A stretch of DNA of 64,000 nucleotides from a virus. Below the pieces are notes generated by a model, which was not told where the DNA came from, did no database searches, and worked only from the letters and a program-made list of their open reading frames with translations. Numbering within the stretch: position 1 is the first letter of the stretch; every line of letters starts with the position of its first letter. Positions 1 through 8,523 of the stretch are shown here, in pieces. The stretch spans positions 3,302 through 67,301 of the IMG/VR virus record IMGVR_UViG_3300028585_000003. One strand, written 5' to 3'. The position numbers and the translations under genes are program-made.

Positions 1-2
1 TG

Positions 3-1976
3 GCGCTGGGCTACACGCCCATCGACGCAGCGCAGATCGGCATTGCTGGCGGCGTCGTGCCGCTGGGCGCGGACGCCAAGATCGCCGCTATTTTCCTGCC
101 GTCCTACGTGGACGACGTGCTGGAATTTGCCACCCTGGCCGCCTTCCCTGCCGTCGGCGAGCCCGGCAAGTTGTACCTTGCCATTAATGCGGGCACCTCG
201 GCCAATCCAACGCGCCAGTATCGTTGGAGCGGCAGCGTGTATGCCGAAATCAACGCCAGCCCCGGCAGTACCGATGCAGTGCCCGAGGGCGCAACGAATC
301 TGTATTTCACGGCCGCGCGCGTGCTGGGCGTGGTGGTGGCTGGGCTCTCGACGGCGACGAACGCCGCGATCACGGCCGCCGACACGATCCTGGCCGCGCT
401 GGGCAAGCTCCAGGCGCAGGTAACAGCCCGCGCCATGAAAGGCGCGAACAGCGATATCACGTCCCTGGCCGGGCTCACCACTGCGCTTACCGTCGCCCAG
501 GGCGGCACCGGAGTGAAGACCCTGACCGGCCTCGCCTACGGCAACGGCGCTGGCGCATTCAGCGCCGCGACGGCCGCGCAGATCGCAACGGCACTGGGCG
601 CGCAGGGCATCGGCGGTAACGCGGCATCGGCCAGTGCCGTGCCGTGGGCTGGTGTCACCGGCAAACCGACGACGACGGCCGGTTATGGCATCACCGATGC
701 GGTCGCAATGGTGCCGGGCACGATCATCCAGAATCAGGACTGGAACACGATCACGACGCCGGGCGTGTATCAGGTTGTTGCTGGCAACGGTGCAAACAAA
801 CCGTTTACCTATGGATGGGGCGCGCTGATCGTCACCAACGTCAACGGCGTCATCACGCAGCAATATTTTGCGCATCAAGGCGAGCAGGCCAGCCGCATCT
901 ACTACGGCAGTTGGTTCGCATGGCGCGGCGTGCTGGACAACCTGAATTACACGGCTTATAAGGCGACGACGATTACTGGGCTGGGCCTCACCGACTTCAG
1001 GCGCGGAATTATTGATAATACTGGCTGGGTCAAGGATTTCTACCAGCCCGGCTTCTATCGCTTGAATGAAAATACCGGCGAAAACAAACCGAACTGGGGC
1101 TACGGAAACATGCTCGTCGTCAACGGCGGCGGCGATACCTACGGCCAAATTTACATTGATTACGCAAGCGGTCAGATGGCGGTGCGCGGCGGCGTCATCG
1201 GGCAGTCGGGCACGCCCTGGCGCGTGATCCCTGATTCGGCTGGCACCAATGCCTATGGTATGTGGGGCATCAACATCACCGGCACTTCCGGCAATACCAG
1301 CTCGGTTTCAGGCGCGCTCAATACCAGCAACCGCTGGGGTGCGGAGCAGGCATTTATATCCAACCGCCGTGGCTATGGTGTTACTTCTGGCGGTGGCGTG
1401 CCTGGCGGCTTGTTCGTCGCCAGTGGTGCCTACCAAAACGGCCCGGCATGTATGACCTTCCTGCTGGACGGCGAATGGGGCGTGAACTTCGGCCTCGATT
1501 CCGACTACTACCTGAGAATCGGTGGCTGGAACTGCGGGAATATGTTCGGCTTCGGCACGCAGAACGGCGACTTTTCCGCAGCCGGGAACATCAGCGCTTT
1601 CTCCGATGAGCGCCTGAAGCAGAACTGGCGCGCGCTGGGCGATGACTTTGTGCAGTTGATGGCCGGGGTCAAGGCTGGCATTTACGACCGAAAGGATACC
1701 GGGCTGAGCCAAGCCGGTGTATCGGCCCAAGACGTGCGCGCCATTTTGCCCTATGCCGTGTCCGAAGAAGACGATGAAATGCGGACGCTCATCCTCGCCT
1801 ACGGCAACTTCGCAGGTGTCGGCGTGGTGAAACTCGCCCAGCGCTCCATGCAGCACGATGGCCGAATCAGGCGGCTGACCAAGCGCGCAGTAGCTCATGG
1901 CGCGCGCATCAAGGCGCTGGAGGGCGAGGTCGCCGAACTCAAGGAGCTGGTGCTCCAGCTCGTCAACAAAGGTTGA
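3..1976 (+). CDS. Tail fibre protein (5'-partial) with two knob-like repeats and C-terminal S74 intramolecular chaperone
   Basis: Frame open from window start (ALGYTPIDAA...); repeats DWNTITTPGVYQ / WVKDFYQPGFYR; SDERLKQN chaperone motif followed by coiled coil. Confidence 0.85.
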   Translation, partial: ALGYTPIDAAQIGIAGGVVPLGADAKIAAIFLPSYVDDVLEFATLAAFPAVGEPGKLYLAINAGTSANPTRQYRWSGSVYAEINASPGSTDAVPEGATNLYFTAARVLGVVVAGLSTATNAAITAADTILAALGKLQAQVTARAMKGANSDITSLAGLTTALTVAQGGTGVKTLTGLAYGNGAGAFSAATAAQIATALGAQGIGGNAASASAVPWAGVTGKPTTTAGYGITDAVAMVPGTIIQNQDWNTITTPGVYQVVAGNGANKPFTYGWGALIVTNVNGVITQQYFAHQGEQASRIYYGSWFAWRGVLDNLNYTAYKATTITGLGLTDFRRGIIDNTGWVKDFYQPGFYRLNENTGENKPNWGYGNMLVVNGGGDTYGQIYIDYASGQMAVRGGVIGQSGTPWRVIPDSAGTNAYGMWGINITGTSGNTSSVSGALNTSNRWGAEQAFISNRRGYGVTSGGGVPGGLFVASGAYQNGPACMTFLLDGEWGVNFGLDSDYYLRIGGWNCGNMFGFGTQNGDFSAAGNISAFSDERLKQNWRALGDDFVQLMAGVKAGIYDRKDTGLSQAGVSAQDVRAILPYAVSEEDDEMRTLILAYGNFAGVGVVKLAQRSMQHDGRIRRLTKRAVAHGARIKALEGEVAELKELVLQLVNKG

Positions 1977-1978
1977 GC

Positions 1979-2644
1979 ATGAGCCAAAACTACATTACGG
2001 ACATCGAGCCGACCATCCACGAAGCTACCGGCCACATTACGGCGATTTCCTACAAGGCTTGGGCCAGCAGGCCGGGCGCGCAAGAGCTGCATCACCAACT
2101 GGCTTTTGTCCTGGACGTGCCCGCCGACGCCGACGGGGTATTCACCGACGATGAGCTGGTCGCCATTTGCATGGAACGGCCCGAATCGAAGAACGCCTTC
2201 GCCGTGCTCAATGATCTTGTGTACCGGCAGACCATGCCGGTGTACCAAGCGCCTGTCATTGCGCCGCCGACGGAGGCCCAGCAGCGCGAGCTTTGGGCCA
2301 AGCAGATCGACGCGACGATACGCCTCATTTCGGACAAGTACACCTGTTTTCAGATGGAGTATGTCGAGCGTGAGGCGGCGGCGCTTGCCTACAAGGAATC
2401 GGGGTTCGAGGGCGTGCCCGACGAATGGATCACGCGGTTTGCCGACAGCGCCCGCATCCCTTACCCGGAAGCTGCGCAGCGCATCCTGACCCAAGCGACC
2501 GAGCTGCGGCCAGCTATCAAGGAACTGGGCGGCCTGCGCATGGAGAAGTACCGCGTGCTCACCGCCGAGACGCAGGAGGAAGCGCAGGCCGAGTTCTCGC
2601 GGATCATCGCGGCCGCTCGCGTCATTGAGGAAAATCTGCCGTGA
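1979..2644 (+). CDS. Tail-fibre-associated/assembly protein
   Basis: Directly downstream of fibre gene; helical C-half typical of fibre accessory proteins; ATG 1979 chosen over TTG 1973. Confidence 0.5.
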   Translation: MSQNYITDIEPTIHEATGHITAISYKAWASRPGAQELHHQLAFVLDVPADADGVFTDDELVAICMERPESKNAFAVLNDLVYRQTMPVYQAPVIAPPTEAQQRELWAKQIDATIRLISDKYTCFQMEYVEREAAALAYKESGFEGVPDEWITRFADSARIPYPEAAQRILTQATELRPAIKELGGLRMEKYRVLTAETQEEAQAEFSRIIAAARVIEENLP

Positions 2645-3126
2645 CGACCCCTACCGGCTTCATTCAAGCTTCCGATATGAATGCTGAAATGGGGCGCGCA
2701 TGGAATCAGGCGTTCAACTTCAATGATCCGGCCGTTCGGGCACTCGCGCAGGTGCCGGGCGACCGGGCACCAATCAGCATGGCGAGCATGCGCGGGCGCA
2801 GCAACACGTTCACGGCAACGGCAAAGGGCGATTGGAGCACCGGTACGTCGAGCGGCACGGCGTCGGCCTTCTGCTACCCCGAGGCGTTCCCGGTAGGTGG
2901 ATCGGGCAATTTCTCCTACCAGTGGACCGTGCTGAGCGGATCGGGAACGATTTCAGACGCGGCGGCAAAGCGGGCAGCGGTGCGGCAGTCAGTCGGCAAG
3001 TTCGGCTTCATCGGCACGACCATGCTGCGCGTGGTTATCCGCGACAACGTGAGCGGCTGGACTGTCACCATCGACAACGTTTCGTGTGATTACGAGTGGT
3101 ACGTAGAGGGGCAAGGCCCACGATAA
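2641..3126 (+). CDS. Putative virion protein (beta-rich, Gly/Ser/Thr-rich)
   Basis: GTG start overlapping upstream stop; composition; position in fibre module. Confidence 0.45.
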   Translation: MTTPTGFIQASDMNAEMGRAWNQAFNFNDPAVRALAQVPGDRAPISMASMRGRSNTFTATAKGDWSTGTSSGTASAFCYPEAFPVGGSGNFSYQWTVLSGSGTISDAAAKRAAVRQSVGKFGFIGTTMLRVVIRDNVSGWTVTIDNVSCDYEWYVEGQGPR

Positions 3127-3143
3127 CTAGGGGAAGAAAGAAG

Positions 3144-3686
3144 ATGCAATACAACGAAATTCGCGACCAGATCGAAACCGGCGACCTGATTTCGGTGCGC
3201 TCGGGAGACAGCATCCTGAATCGCGCAACTAAGTTTTTCACCGGGCCATATATCCATTCCGGGCAGGCTTTCTGGATAGGCGGCCGCCTGTGGGTGACAG
3301 AGCTGAACGGTGGCCGCAATCACGCGATCCCCCTGTCCCAGTTGGATGGTCTGGAGTTCGACGTGCATGCGCGCCCGGACGGCATCACGGCCGAAGCGTG
3401 CGAGCTGGCGATTCTGGACAACCTGGGCCGCAAGGTCGAATACGGCTACCCTGCCCTGCTGGCAATCGGGCTAGTCGAATGGCTCAAGCTGAACGTGGTC
3501 GTGAAGTGGAGCAAAATTCTCGTTTGCTCGGGCTATGCGGTGAAAAATTGGCAGGACGCCGGTTGGAAGGGTGCCGCGAGCCGGGTCATTTCTCCGACCA
3601 AACTCGCGGGGATGGTGCGCTTCAAATTCCCGGTGACGGTGCCGCCACCGGGAAAGATCATTCCGGCTTGTAGTGTGCCTGGATGA
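3144..3686 (+). CDS. Permuted papain-like (YiiX/YebB-like NlpC/P60) amidase/peptidase
   Basis: GDLISVRSG...YIHSG (His first) and late LVCSGYA (Cys) arrangement; purine-rich RBS before ATG 3144. Confidence 0.55.
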   Translation: MQYNEIRDQIETGDLISVRSGDSILNRATKFFTGPYIHSGQAFWIGGRLWVTELNGGRNHAIPLSQLDGLEFDVHARPDGITAEACELAILDNLGRKVEYGYPALLAIGLVEWLKLNVVVKWSKILVCSGYAVKNWQDAGWKGAASRVISPTKLAGMVRFKFPVTVPPPGKIIPACSVPG

Positions 3687-3984
3687 GCTTTTGAATATAG
3701 GGCAGTAGTGCCGCGTCCATGACCTTCTGCAAGGACTTGTGGCCCGGCACGTTTTCCGTGATCCACTCCATTTGCGCGTGGACTTGCTTACTGTGCTTCC
3801 AGTTCAAGAGCGTGAACACGTCGGCCGGTGCGCCCTCCCAAGGCGCGACGATGCGCGGCGGCGTAAGGTCGAGCTGGGCCTGGGTGCCGGGTGCGCCGGT
3901 ACGCAGTTGCAGGCCACCGCCATTGACCGGCACAAGGTCGGACGGGCTGAACGTAAAGCCGGGCCTGAGTGCTAATTTTTCCAT
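3658..3984 (-). CDS. Small protein, possible C-terminal ribbon-helix-helix; last gene of stb-like operon
   Basis: FTLLNWK-SKQVHAQMEWI-KSLQKVMDAALL pattern; same strand as stb genes. Confidence 0.4.
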   Translation of the reverse strand: MEKLALRPGFTFSPSDLVPVNGGGLQLRTGAPGTQAQLDLTPPRIVAPWEGAPADVFTLLNWKHSKQVHAQMEWITENVPGHKSLQKVMDAALLPYIQKLIQAHYKPE

Positions 3985-4002
3985 TTTGAATTCCTCGATC
4001 TG

Positions 4003-4221
4003 TTAATGCGGGCCGAGAAAGAACACGACGATAGCACCGCCCGCCAAGCCGCCCAGGAGGGCCGCCACGGCGACAACGGCTGCAACCCGGTACGTGCGCC
4101 GCATTTCGGCTTTGGCGGCCGCCTCGACGCGCTGGTGCAGCGCCGTGATGGCTTCGTGCAGCGCTCCAACGTCGCCGAGCAGCTCGGCGATCAGTGCATC
4201 CAAGGCGGTTGAGCTTCGCAT
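4003..4221 (-). CDS. StbC/TraM-like small protein with C-terminal transmembrane helix
   Basis: LDALIAELLGDV N-terminus, hydrophobic C-terminus, third position after stbA/stbB-like genes. Confidence 0.45.
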   Translation of the reverse strand: MRSSTALDALIAELLGDVGALHEAITALHQRVEAAAKAEMRRTYRVAAVVAVAALLGGLAGGAIVVFFLGPH

Positions 4222-4229
4222 CGCCCGCC

Positions 4230-4937
4230 TTACTTCGTCAGCGCCTTGAAGGCCGCGTCCAGCTCGTCAACGATCCCGCTGGCGAGGCGCTTGATACTGA
4301 GCAGGCCGTTCAAGCGAATCTTTTCCTCGACGTTATCTTTCGGCGTTGCGTTCGCCAGCGCCTTGTAGTCGGTCTGGTCCTCGATTGCGCCACGAATCGT
4401 AATGTCCTTCCCGGCGATGAGCGGGTACAGCTCGCTTTCGTGCATGACCGCCTTCGGGTTCAGGATGAAACTCTTGTCGGCCTCCTGCATCGCGAACAGG
4501 CCAGCAAAGACCGTTTCCGGGCGCTCGTCCACCGGGACCATGTTCATCAGCACGCGGATTTTCTTCGCCGGGACGCCGATTTCGCGCAGCGCTTCGATGG
4601 TGGAAATCGTATCACGCTGCTGCTTTTTGATGGGCGTGGTCGGGATGATGAACAGGTCGAAATCCTCATGGCTACCCTTGTATTGCTTCATCTGCAAAAT
4701 CAGGGTTTCGACGTTCGACGCGCCAATGTCCACGATGACGTTATCCATCAGCGACATTGCCTCGATAATATGGCCGAATTGCTTGCCTTTTACGTGGCCG
4801 TCGGTCTGGTCGTCCGAATTGATGGTTTCGACCGCAATAATGTCGCAGTCGCCCATGCGCGGTTGAAGCAGATGTTTGGAAACGGTGGACTTGCCGACGT
4901 TGCCCGAAAAGTTAATCACTGCGACTTTCAATGCCAT
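4230..4937 (-). CDS. stbB: StbB/TraL-like ParA-family ATPase
   Basis: KVAVINFSGNVGKST deviant Walker A, VIVDIGASN Walker B; matches remembered plasmid StbB family. Confidence 0.75.
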   Translation of the reverse strand: MALKVAVINFSGNVGKSTVSKHLLQPRMGDCDIIAVETINSDDQTDGHVKGKQFGHIIEAMSLMDNVIVDIGASNVETLILQMKQYKGSHEDFDLFIIPTTPIKKQQRDTISTIEALREIGVPAKKIRVLMNMVPVDERPETVFAGLFAMQEADKSFILNPKAVMHESELYPLIAGKDITIRGAIEDQTDYKALANATPKDNVEEKIRLNGLLSIKRLASGIVDELDAAFKALTK

Positions 4938-4939
4938 GT

Positions 4940-5374
4940 TTATTTCCTATCAGTTTTTTTAATAAGCGGGTTTCTAGCGGCTCCAATAAACCTATCGGCC
5001 TTTTCTTCCCGTCGCCTTCTCGATTCCTCCAAGTCGAAATTCTCGACCTGGACGTTTGCCCTTGGCTCGGGGCTACTCCCCTCCCCTATCGGCCCGTCGG
5101 TAACTGGCTTGGCATTCGGCCTTGCTGGCGCTGGCTTTGCGATCTTGTTCTTTCCATGCCGCACCCGCCAAAGCATTGACGAATACGCGCTCATTTTCAG
5201 ATCAAAACCGCTCCTGTTAAGCGCCTCTAATATGTGCTCATGCCCTACCCCGGCCTCTTGTAGCGCCTCGATTTCGGGCAGAACCATGCGTAGCCGAGCT
5301 GCCTTCTTCGTTACCTTCGAGCTGTCGTTCGCCAGGGCGCGTAGTGCTGCAACCGCATCCTGTATGTCATCCAT
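4940..5374 (-). CDS. stbA: StbA/TraK-like plasmid DNA-binding stability protein
   Basis: KAARLRMVLPEIEALQEAGV-HILEALNRSGF-SMLWRVR pattern; first gene upstream of stbB-like ATPase. Confidence 0.6.
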   Translation of the reverse strand: MDDIQDAVAALRALANDSSKVTKKAARLRMVLPEIEALQEAGVGHEHILEALNRSGFDLKMSAYSSMLWRVRHGKNKIAKPAPARPNAKPVTDGPIGEGSSPEPRANVQVENFDLEESRRRREEKADRFIGAARNPLIKKTDRK

Positions 5375-5407
5375 AGCACGACTGCCCTTTCCTCTACTGG
5401 ATGGTCA

Positions 5408-5436
5408 ATTGTGTAAGTTTCCACAAAAGTAGTCAA
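5408..5436 (-). promoter_or_regulatory. sigma70 promoter of stb operon
   Basis: TTGACT-17-CACAAT on minus strand. Confidence 0.6.
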
Positions 5437-5514
5437 GAAAATATAGTTATATTTTAAGACAAAACGAAAGATTACGAGAAAAACCGAAAGAAAATGTAAG
5501 TTTTTTGTAAGTTT
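5412..5514. repeat. Three TGTAAGTTT direct repeats (5412, 5495, 5506); candidate StbA binding/centromere sites
   Basis: Exact 9-mers, one overlapping the stb promoter -10/spacer. Confidence 0.5.
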
Positions 5515-5658
5515 TTGCGAGTGTTTTGCTAGGTCTTGCTGACGCCTGGGCAGCTTTGCGCCGCGCTAACCTGTCGCCTCCTGACCAGATCAGACCTGTT
5601 GACGCGACCCGCGCCGGGAAGCCCGCGCAACGGTGGCCGGGCGGCGGTAGCCAGTACC

Positions 5659-5782
5659 GAAAACCGAATTCGGCGATCAGAAAACCGAATTTGCGTTTAA
5701 ATCGAAAATCGGTGGTAATCTTGCGGATTAGAGTGGGAAGTTAATAAGAAAATATATTATATTATATAGTTTCATACATTAA
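5659..5782. repeat. Iteron-like repeats GAAAACCGAATT (5659, 5680; degenerate 5704) plus AT-rich tract; ori-like
   Basis: Two exact 12-mers 21 bp apart followed by AATAAGAAAATATATTATATTATATAG. Confidence 0.4.
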
Positions 5783-5852
5783 CTCAGCGGCCGAAGTCGG
5801 CGCGGCGCGCGGCGCGGCGAATATAGCGCCGCGATTGGTATGGTAGGAAATT

Positions 5853-5886
5853 GAGCAAGGCAATTCTGTTTGAAAGTGCCTTGCTC
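5853..5886. repeat. Perfect 10-bp inverted repeat GAGCAAGGCA-N14-TGCCTTGCTC
   Basis: Read directly; just past the end of the leftward recombination operon. Confidence 0.6.
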
Positions 5887-5894
5887 GAATCAGG

Positions 5895-6086
5895 TTAGGC
5901 TGATTTAGGAGGGGAGGGCTGGCATTTATTCGAGCAGTAGCCATTAGCGCGCCAGGACAGCCAATTAACCGCTAGGAATATCGACCGGCACGATTTGCAA
6001 CACACGCAAGGCGTACCGCCAACATAGGGAGCAACCGCCGCAATAACTGGCGCGGCGGCAGGCTCGTCAAATAGGCTGAATTGCAT
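5895..6086 (-). CDS. Small Cys-rich hypothetical protein
   Basis: CVCCKSC and CSNKC motifs; overlaps upstream ORF in operon. Confidence 0.5.
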   Translation of the reverse strand: MQFSLFDEPAAAPVIAAVAPYVGGTPCVCCKSCRSIFLAVNWLSWRANGYCSNKCQPSPPKSA

Positions 6087-6306
6087 TTACGGGCCACTTT
6101 CTATTGCAGCCAGTACAGCCTGGGTCATCCACCGTGCGCTGGCTGTATTGGCACGCTGTTGTCATAACATGCCGCTGAGCCTTGATAATGGGCATGCGTG
6201 TAAGTCCCGTTGCACTGGACGGCTGGTATTCCCAGCCGTCTTGAACTGGATATGACCGCCCTTCTAGCGGTGGGCGGTCGAAGCAACCGTGCTTATTTGC
6301 TTGCAT
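6067..6306 (-). CDS. Small hypothetical protein (C-terminal Cys cluster)
   Basis: CQY...GCTGC; operon continuity. Confidence 0.5.
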   Translation of the reverse strand: MQANKHGCFDRPPLEGRSYPVQDGWEYQPSSATGLTRMPIIKAQRHVMTTACQYSQRTVDDPGCTGCNRKWPVNAIQPI

Positions 6307-7222
6307 CTTGCGCGGCGTCCGTGGCGGCTGGGTCGGTATCGGTGGCGTCCTTGGCGCGCAGCTTTGCCACCTCGTCGCGGATTGCCAGCAGCTCTTTTAG
6401 CATCCCTGCCTCGACCGGCACCGTTTCGTTGTCCGGCATAGCGGCCAGCTTCTCGGGGCTGACCGTAGGGGCGATGACGGCGAACAGGGTGTCGATGGAT
6501 TCGGTGGCCCGCGTCACCAGCTTGCGCGGGATGGCCTTACCCTGGACGCCCTTGCGCGTCACCTTGCCCTTGCCGCTGGCCTGTGCTTTGACCAGCTCGG
6601 AGGCGATAACGGCCCCGGCCTGGGTGCCGTGTTCCTTGACCATATCGACCGCCAGCGAGCTTGCCACTTGTCCGGCGCGCACAGCCCGCTGCACGTCGGT
6701 ATTCGACTCGGCCAGCACCAGGCAATTTTCGATGTGCGTGGTGCTCTTGCCGGTGCGCTGGGCGATCATTTTCACGTCCCATTGTAGGCGAATCAGCTTG
6801 AGGTATTGGATGCCCTGATCGAGCGGGGAAATCGGCAAGCCCTGGGCGCTGGTCAGCAAGTGCGTGATCCGGTCGGCGTCGCTGCCCCGGAATTCAATCG
6901 CCAGCATGAACGGGATTTCCATACCTTCGGCGATCAGCTCGCGCACGGCAATCCAGCGGTGCTCACCATCGACCAGGATGGTATGGTTCGCATCGACGCG
7001 GACGTAAATCGGCGGGATGGTAGCGCCGTTCTTGATCGCGACTTTGAATTGCTCGACGTTCGCCCGGTCAATCGGCCGGTTGAAGCCCGGCTCGACCTCG
7101 ATCTTGAGCGGGTCCACCTTGAAGATTGTGGCCTTGCCGAAGCCTGGGAGCTTCTTCTCGGCGGCTACCTTGAGGGAGGCGTAAGCGTCATCAATGGCTG
7201 CTGCTGGTGGGTTTTTGTCCAT
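6293..7222 (-). CDS. ParB/Srx N-terminal-domain DNA-binding protein (phage early type)
   Basis: PPIYVR...LVDGEHRW ParB box followed by HTH (IAQRTGKSTTHIENCL). Confidence 0.8.
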   Translation of the reverse strand: MDKNPPAAAIDDAYASLKVAAEKKLPGFGKATIFKVDPLKIEVEPGFNRPIDRANVEQFKVAIKNGATIPPIYVRVDANHTILVDGEHRWIAVRELIAEGMEIPFMLAIEFRGSDADRITHLLTSAQGLPISPLDQGIQYLKLIRLQWDVKMIAQRTGKSTTHIENCLVLAESNTDVQRAVRAGQVASSLAVDMVKEHGTQAGAVIASELVKAQASGKGKVTRKGVQGKAIPRKLVTRATESIDTLFAVIAPTVSPEKLAAMPDNETVPVEAGMLKELLAIRDEVAKLRAKDATDTDPAATDAAQDASK

Positions 7223-7239
7223 ATGGTGTTCTCCTTTTG

Positions 7240-8472
7240 TTATTCAGCGGTGGGTTTGAGGATGACGCGCTCGCCACTGGCGGCCATCGGGCTCACAATG
7301 CCTTCGGCTTCCATGCGTTCGATCAGGCGCGCGGCTTGGTTGTAGCCCAGGCGCAAATGGCGCTGGACCAGGGAAATCGAGACGCGCTGTTGCTCGCGGA
7401 TCAGCTCGACGGCGCGGCCGTACTGGTTGTTGTCGTCCAGGCTGACAATCTTGCCGCCAGCGGTGAGCGTGATCGTCGCGCCGTTGTCGGCGGCCAGCTT
7501 TTTCAGGCTGCGCACGGCATCGCTCACGACACTGGCGTCCTCGGCAATCTGGTGCTGGCCGTCGCCGCCTGCCATGCTGTCGGTGGCCGCACCGCCCAGC
7601 GCCTCGACCAGCTCGGCCAGCAGCGCGGCATATTCGAGCGTCATCAACGCCACGTCGTTGTCGAAACGCTCGTCGTCGCTGTAGGTGATGGCGCTGCCTT
7701 CGCGGATCACGTCGAGCGGCTTGATGCCCTTGATGGCGAGCGATTCGTCCAGGGTGAACGACACGCGGCTGTTGTAGGTCATCGCCAGCTTGACGCACTG
7801 TTTGCCGGTGGCGATATGGCGGCGCATATCTTCCGGGTCCAGGGAGTGCAGCTTGTAGGTGACGGTGGCGCGGCTCTCGCCGGTCGCGCGCAGGGTGGCG
7901 CTCTGGTCGATGGTGAAGCCGTGCGGGGCTTCGTCCAATTCCAGCCAGCCCGTCATCACGGCGACCGGCGAACGCTGCACGCGCAGGGATTCCAGCGGCA
8001 TACGGTCCACGGCTTTCAGCAGCAGCTTGATTACTTCGTCAGCCTTGCTGCTGCTCGATGCGTCCACGACCAGCCAGCCGTTCACAGGGTCGATCCATAC
8101 CCAGGTGTCGGCGTCCTTCGGGAAAGCCTTCACCAGCAGCTCGTCGGTGACGATTTCCTTCAATTCCTTGGTGGCCTTCTTCCCAGGCGGGAACCCCTGT
8201 TTTTCTTCCATTTCGGCGGCGCGGCGGCGCACCTCGGCATTGATGACGGAGCCCGGCAGCACCTTCGTTTGCGTGCGCAGGCGCAGGAGCATCTGGCGGT
8301 TGACGACGTGGACCAGCTCGCCGCCTTTGCGCGGGGCGACCCAGCCCAGGCGCTTGGCCTCGGCCTTGGTGCAGTCGGCGAATGCCTGGGGCGTGATGGC
8401 CTCGGCCAGCGCGGCGGCCGTCATTGCCCAGGGGGCGGGGAGGCGGTAGATTTGGGCGTTCTTGAAAAACAT
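7240..8472 (-). CDS. rdgC: RdgC recombination-associated protein fused to C-terminal FtsK gamma domain
   Basis: MFFKNAQIYRL / GWVAPR / KVLPGSVI RdgC motifs; C-terminal SISLVQRHLRLGYNQAARLIERMEAEGIVS closely matches FtsK gamma. Confidence 0.9.
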   Translation of the reverse strand: MFFKNAQIYRLPAPWAMTAAALAEAITPQAFADCTKAEAKRLGWVAPRKGGELVHVVNRQMLLRLRTQTKVLPGSVINAEVRRRAAEMEEKQGFPPGKKATKELKEIVTDELLVKAFPKDADTWVWIDPVNGWLVVDASSSSKADEVIKLLLKAVDRMPLESLRVQRSPVAVMTGWLELDEAPHGFTIDQSATLRATGESRATVTYKLHSLDPEDMRRHIATGKQCVKLAMTYNSRVSFTLDESLAIKGIKPLDVIREGSAITYSDDERFDNDVALMTLEYAALLAELVEALGGAATDSMAGGDGQHQIAEDASVVSDAVRSLKKLAADNGATITLTAGGKIVSLDDNNQYGRAVELIREQQRVSISLVQRHLRLGYNQAARLIERMEAEGIVSPMAASGERVILKPTAE

Positions 8473-8523
8473 GGCGGTATCTGTTCTGTCAAAGTAGGGC
8501 AGGGCGGGCCTGCCCGTTGGTTC

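Noticed and set aside
5844-5886. TAGGAAAT as a sixth late promoter
   Set aside because: One mismatch and no -10-like hexamer at +37
6293-7222. ParB-like protein as partner of the ParA-like ATPase
   Set aside because: It lies in the recombination operon and resembles phage early ParB-domain proteins; the ATPase is StbB-like with its own operon
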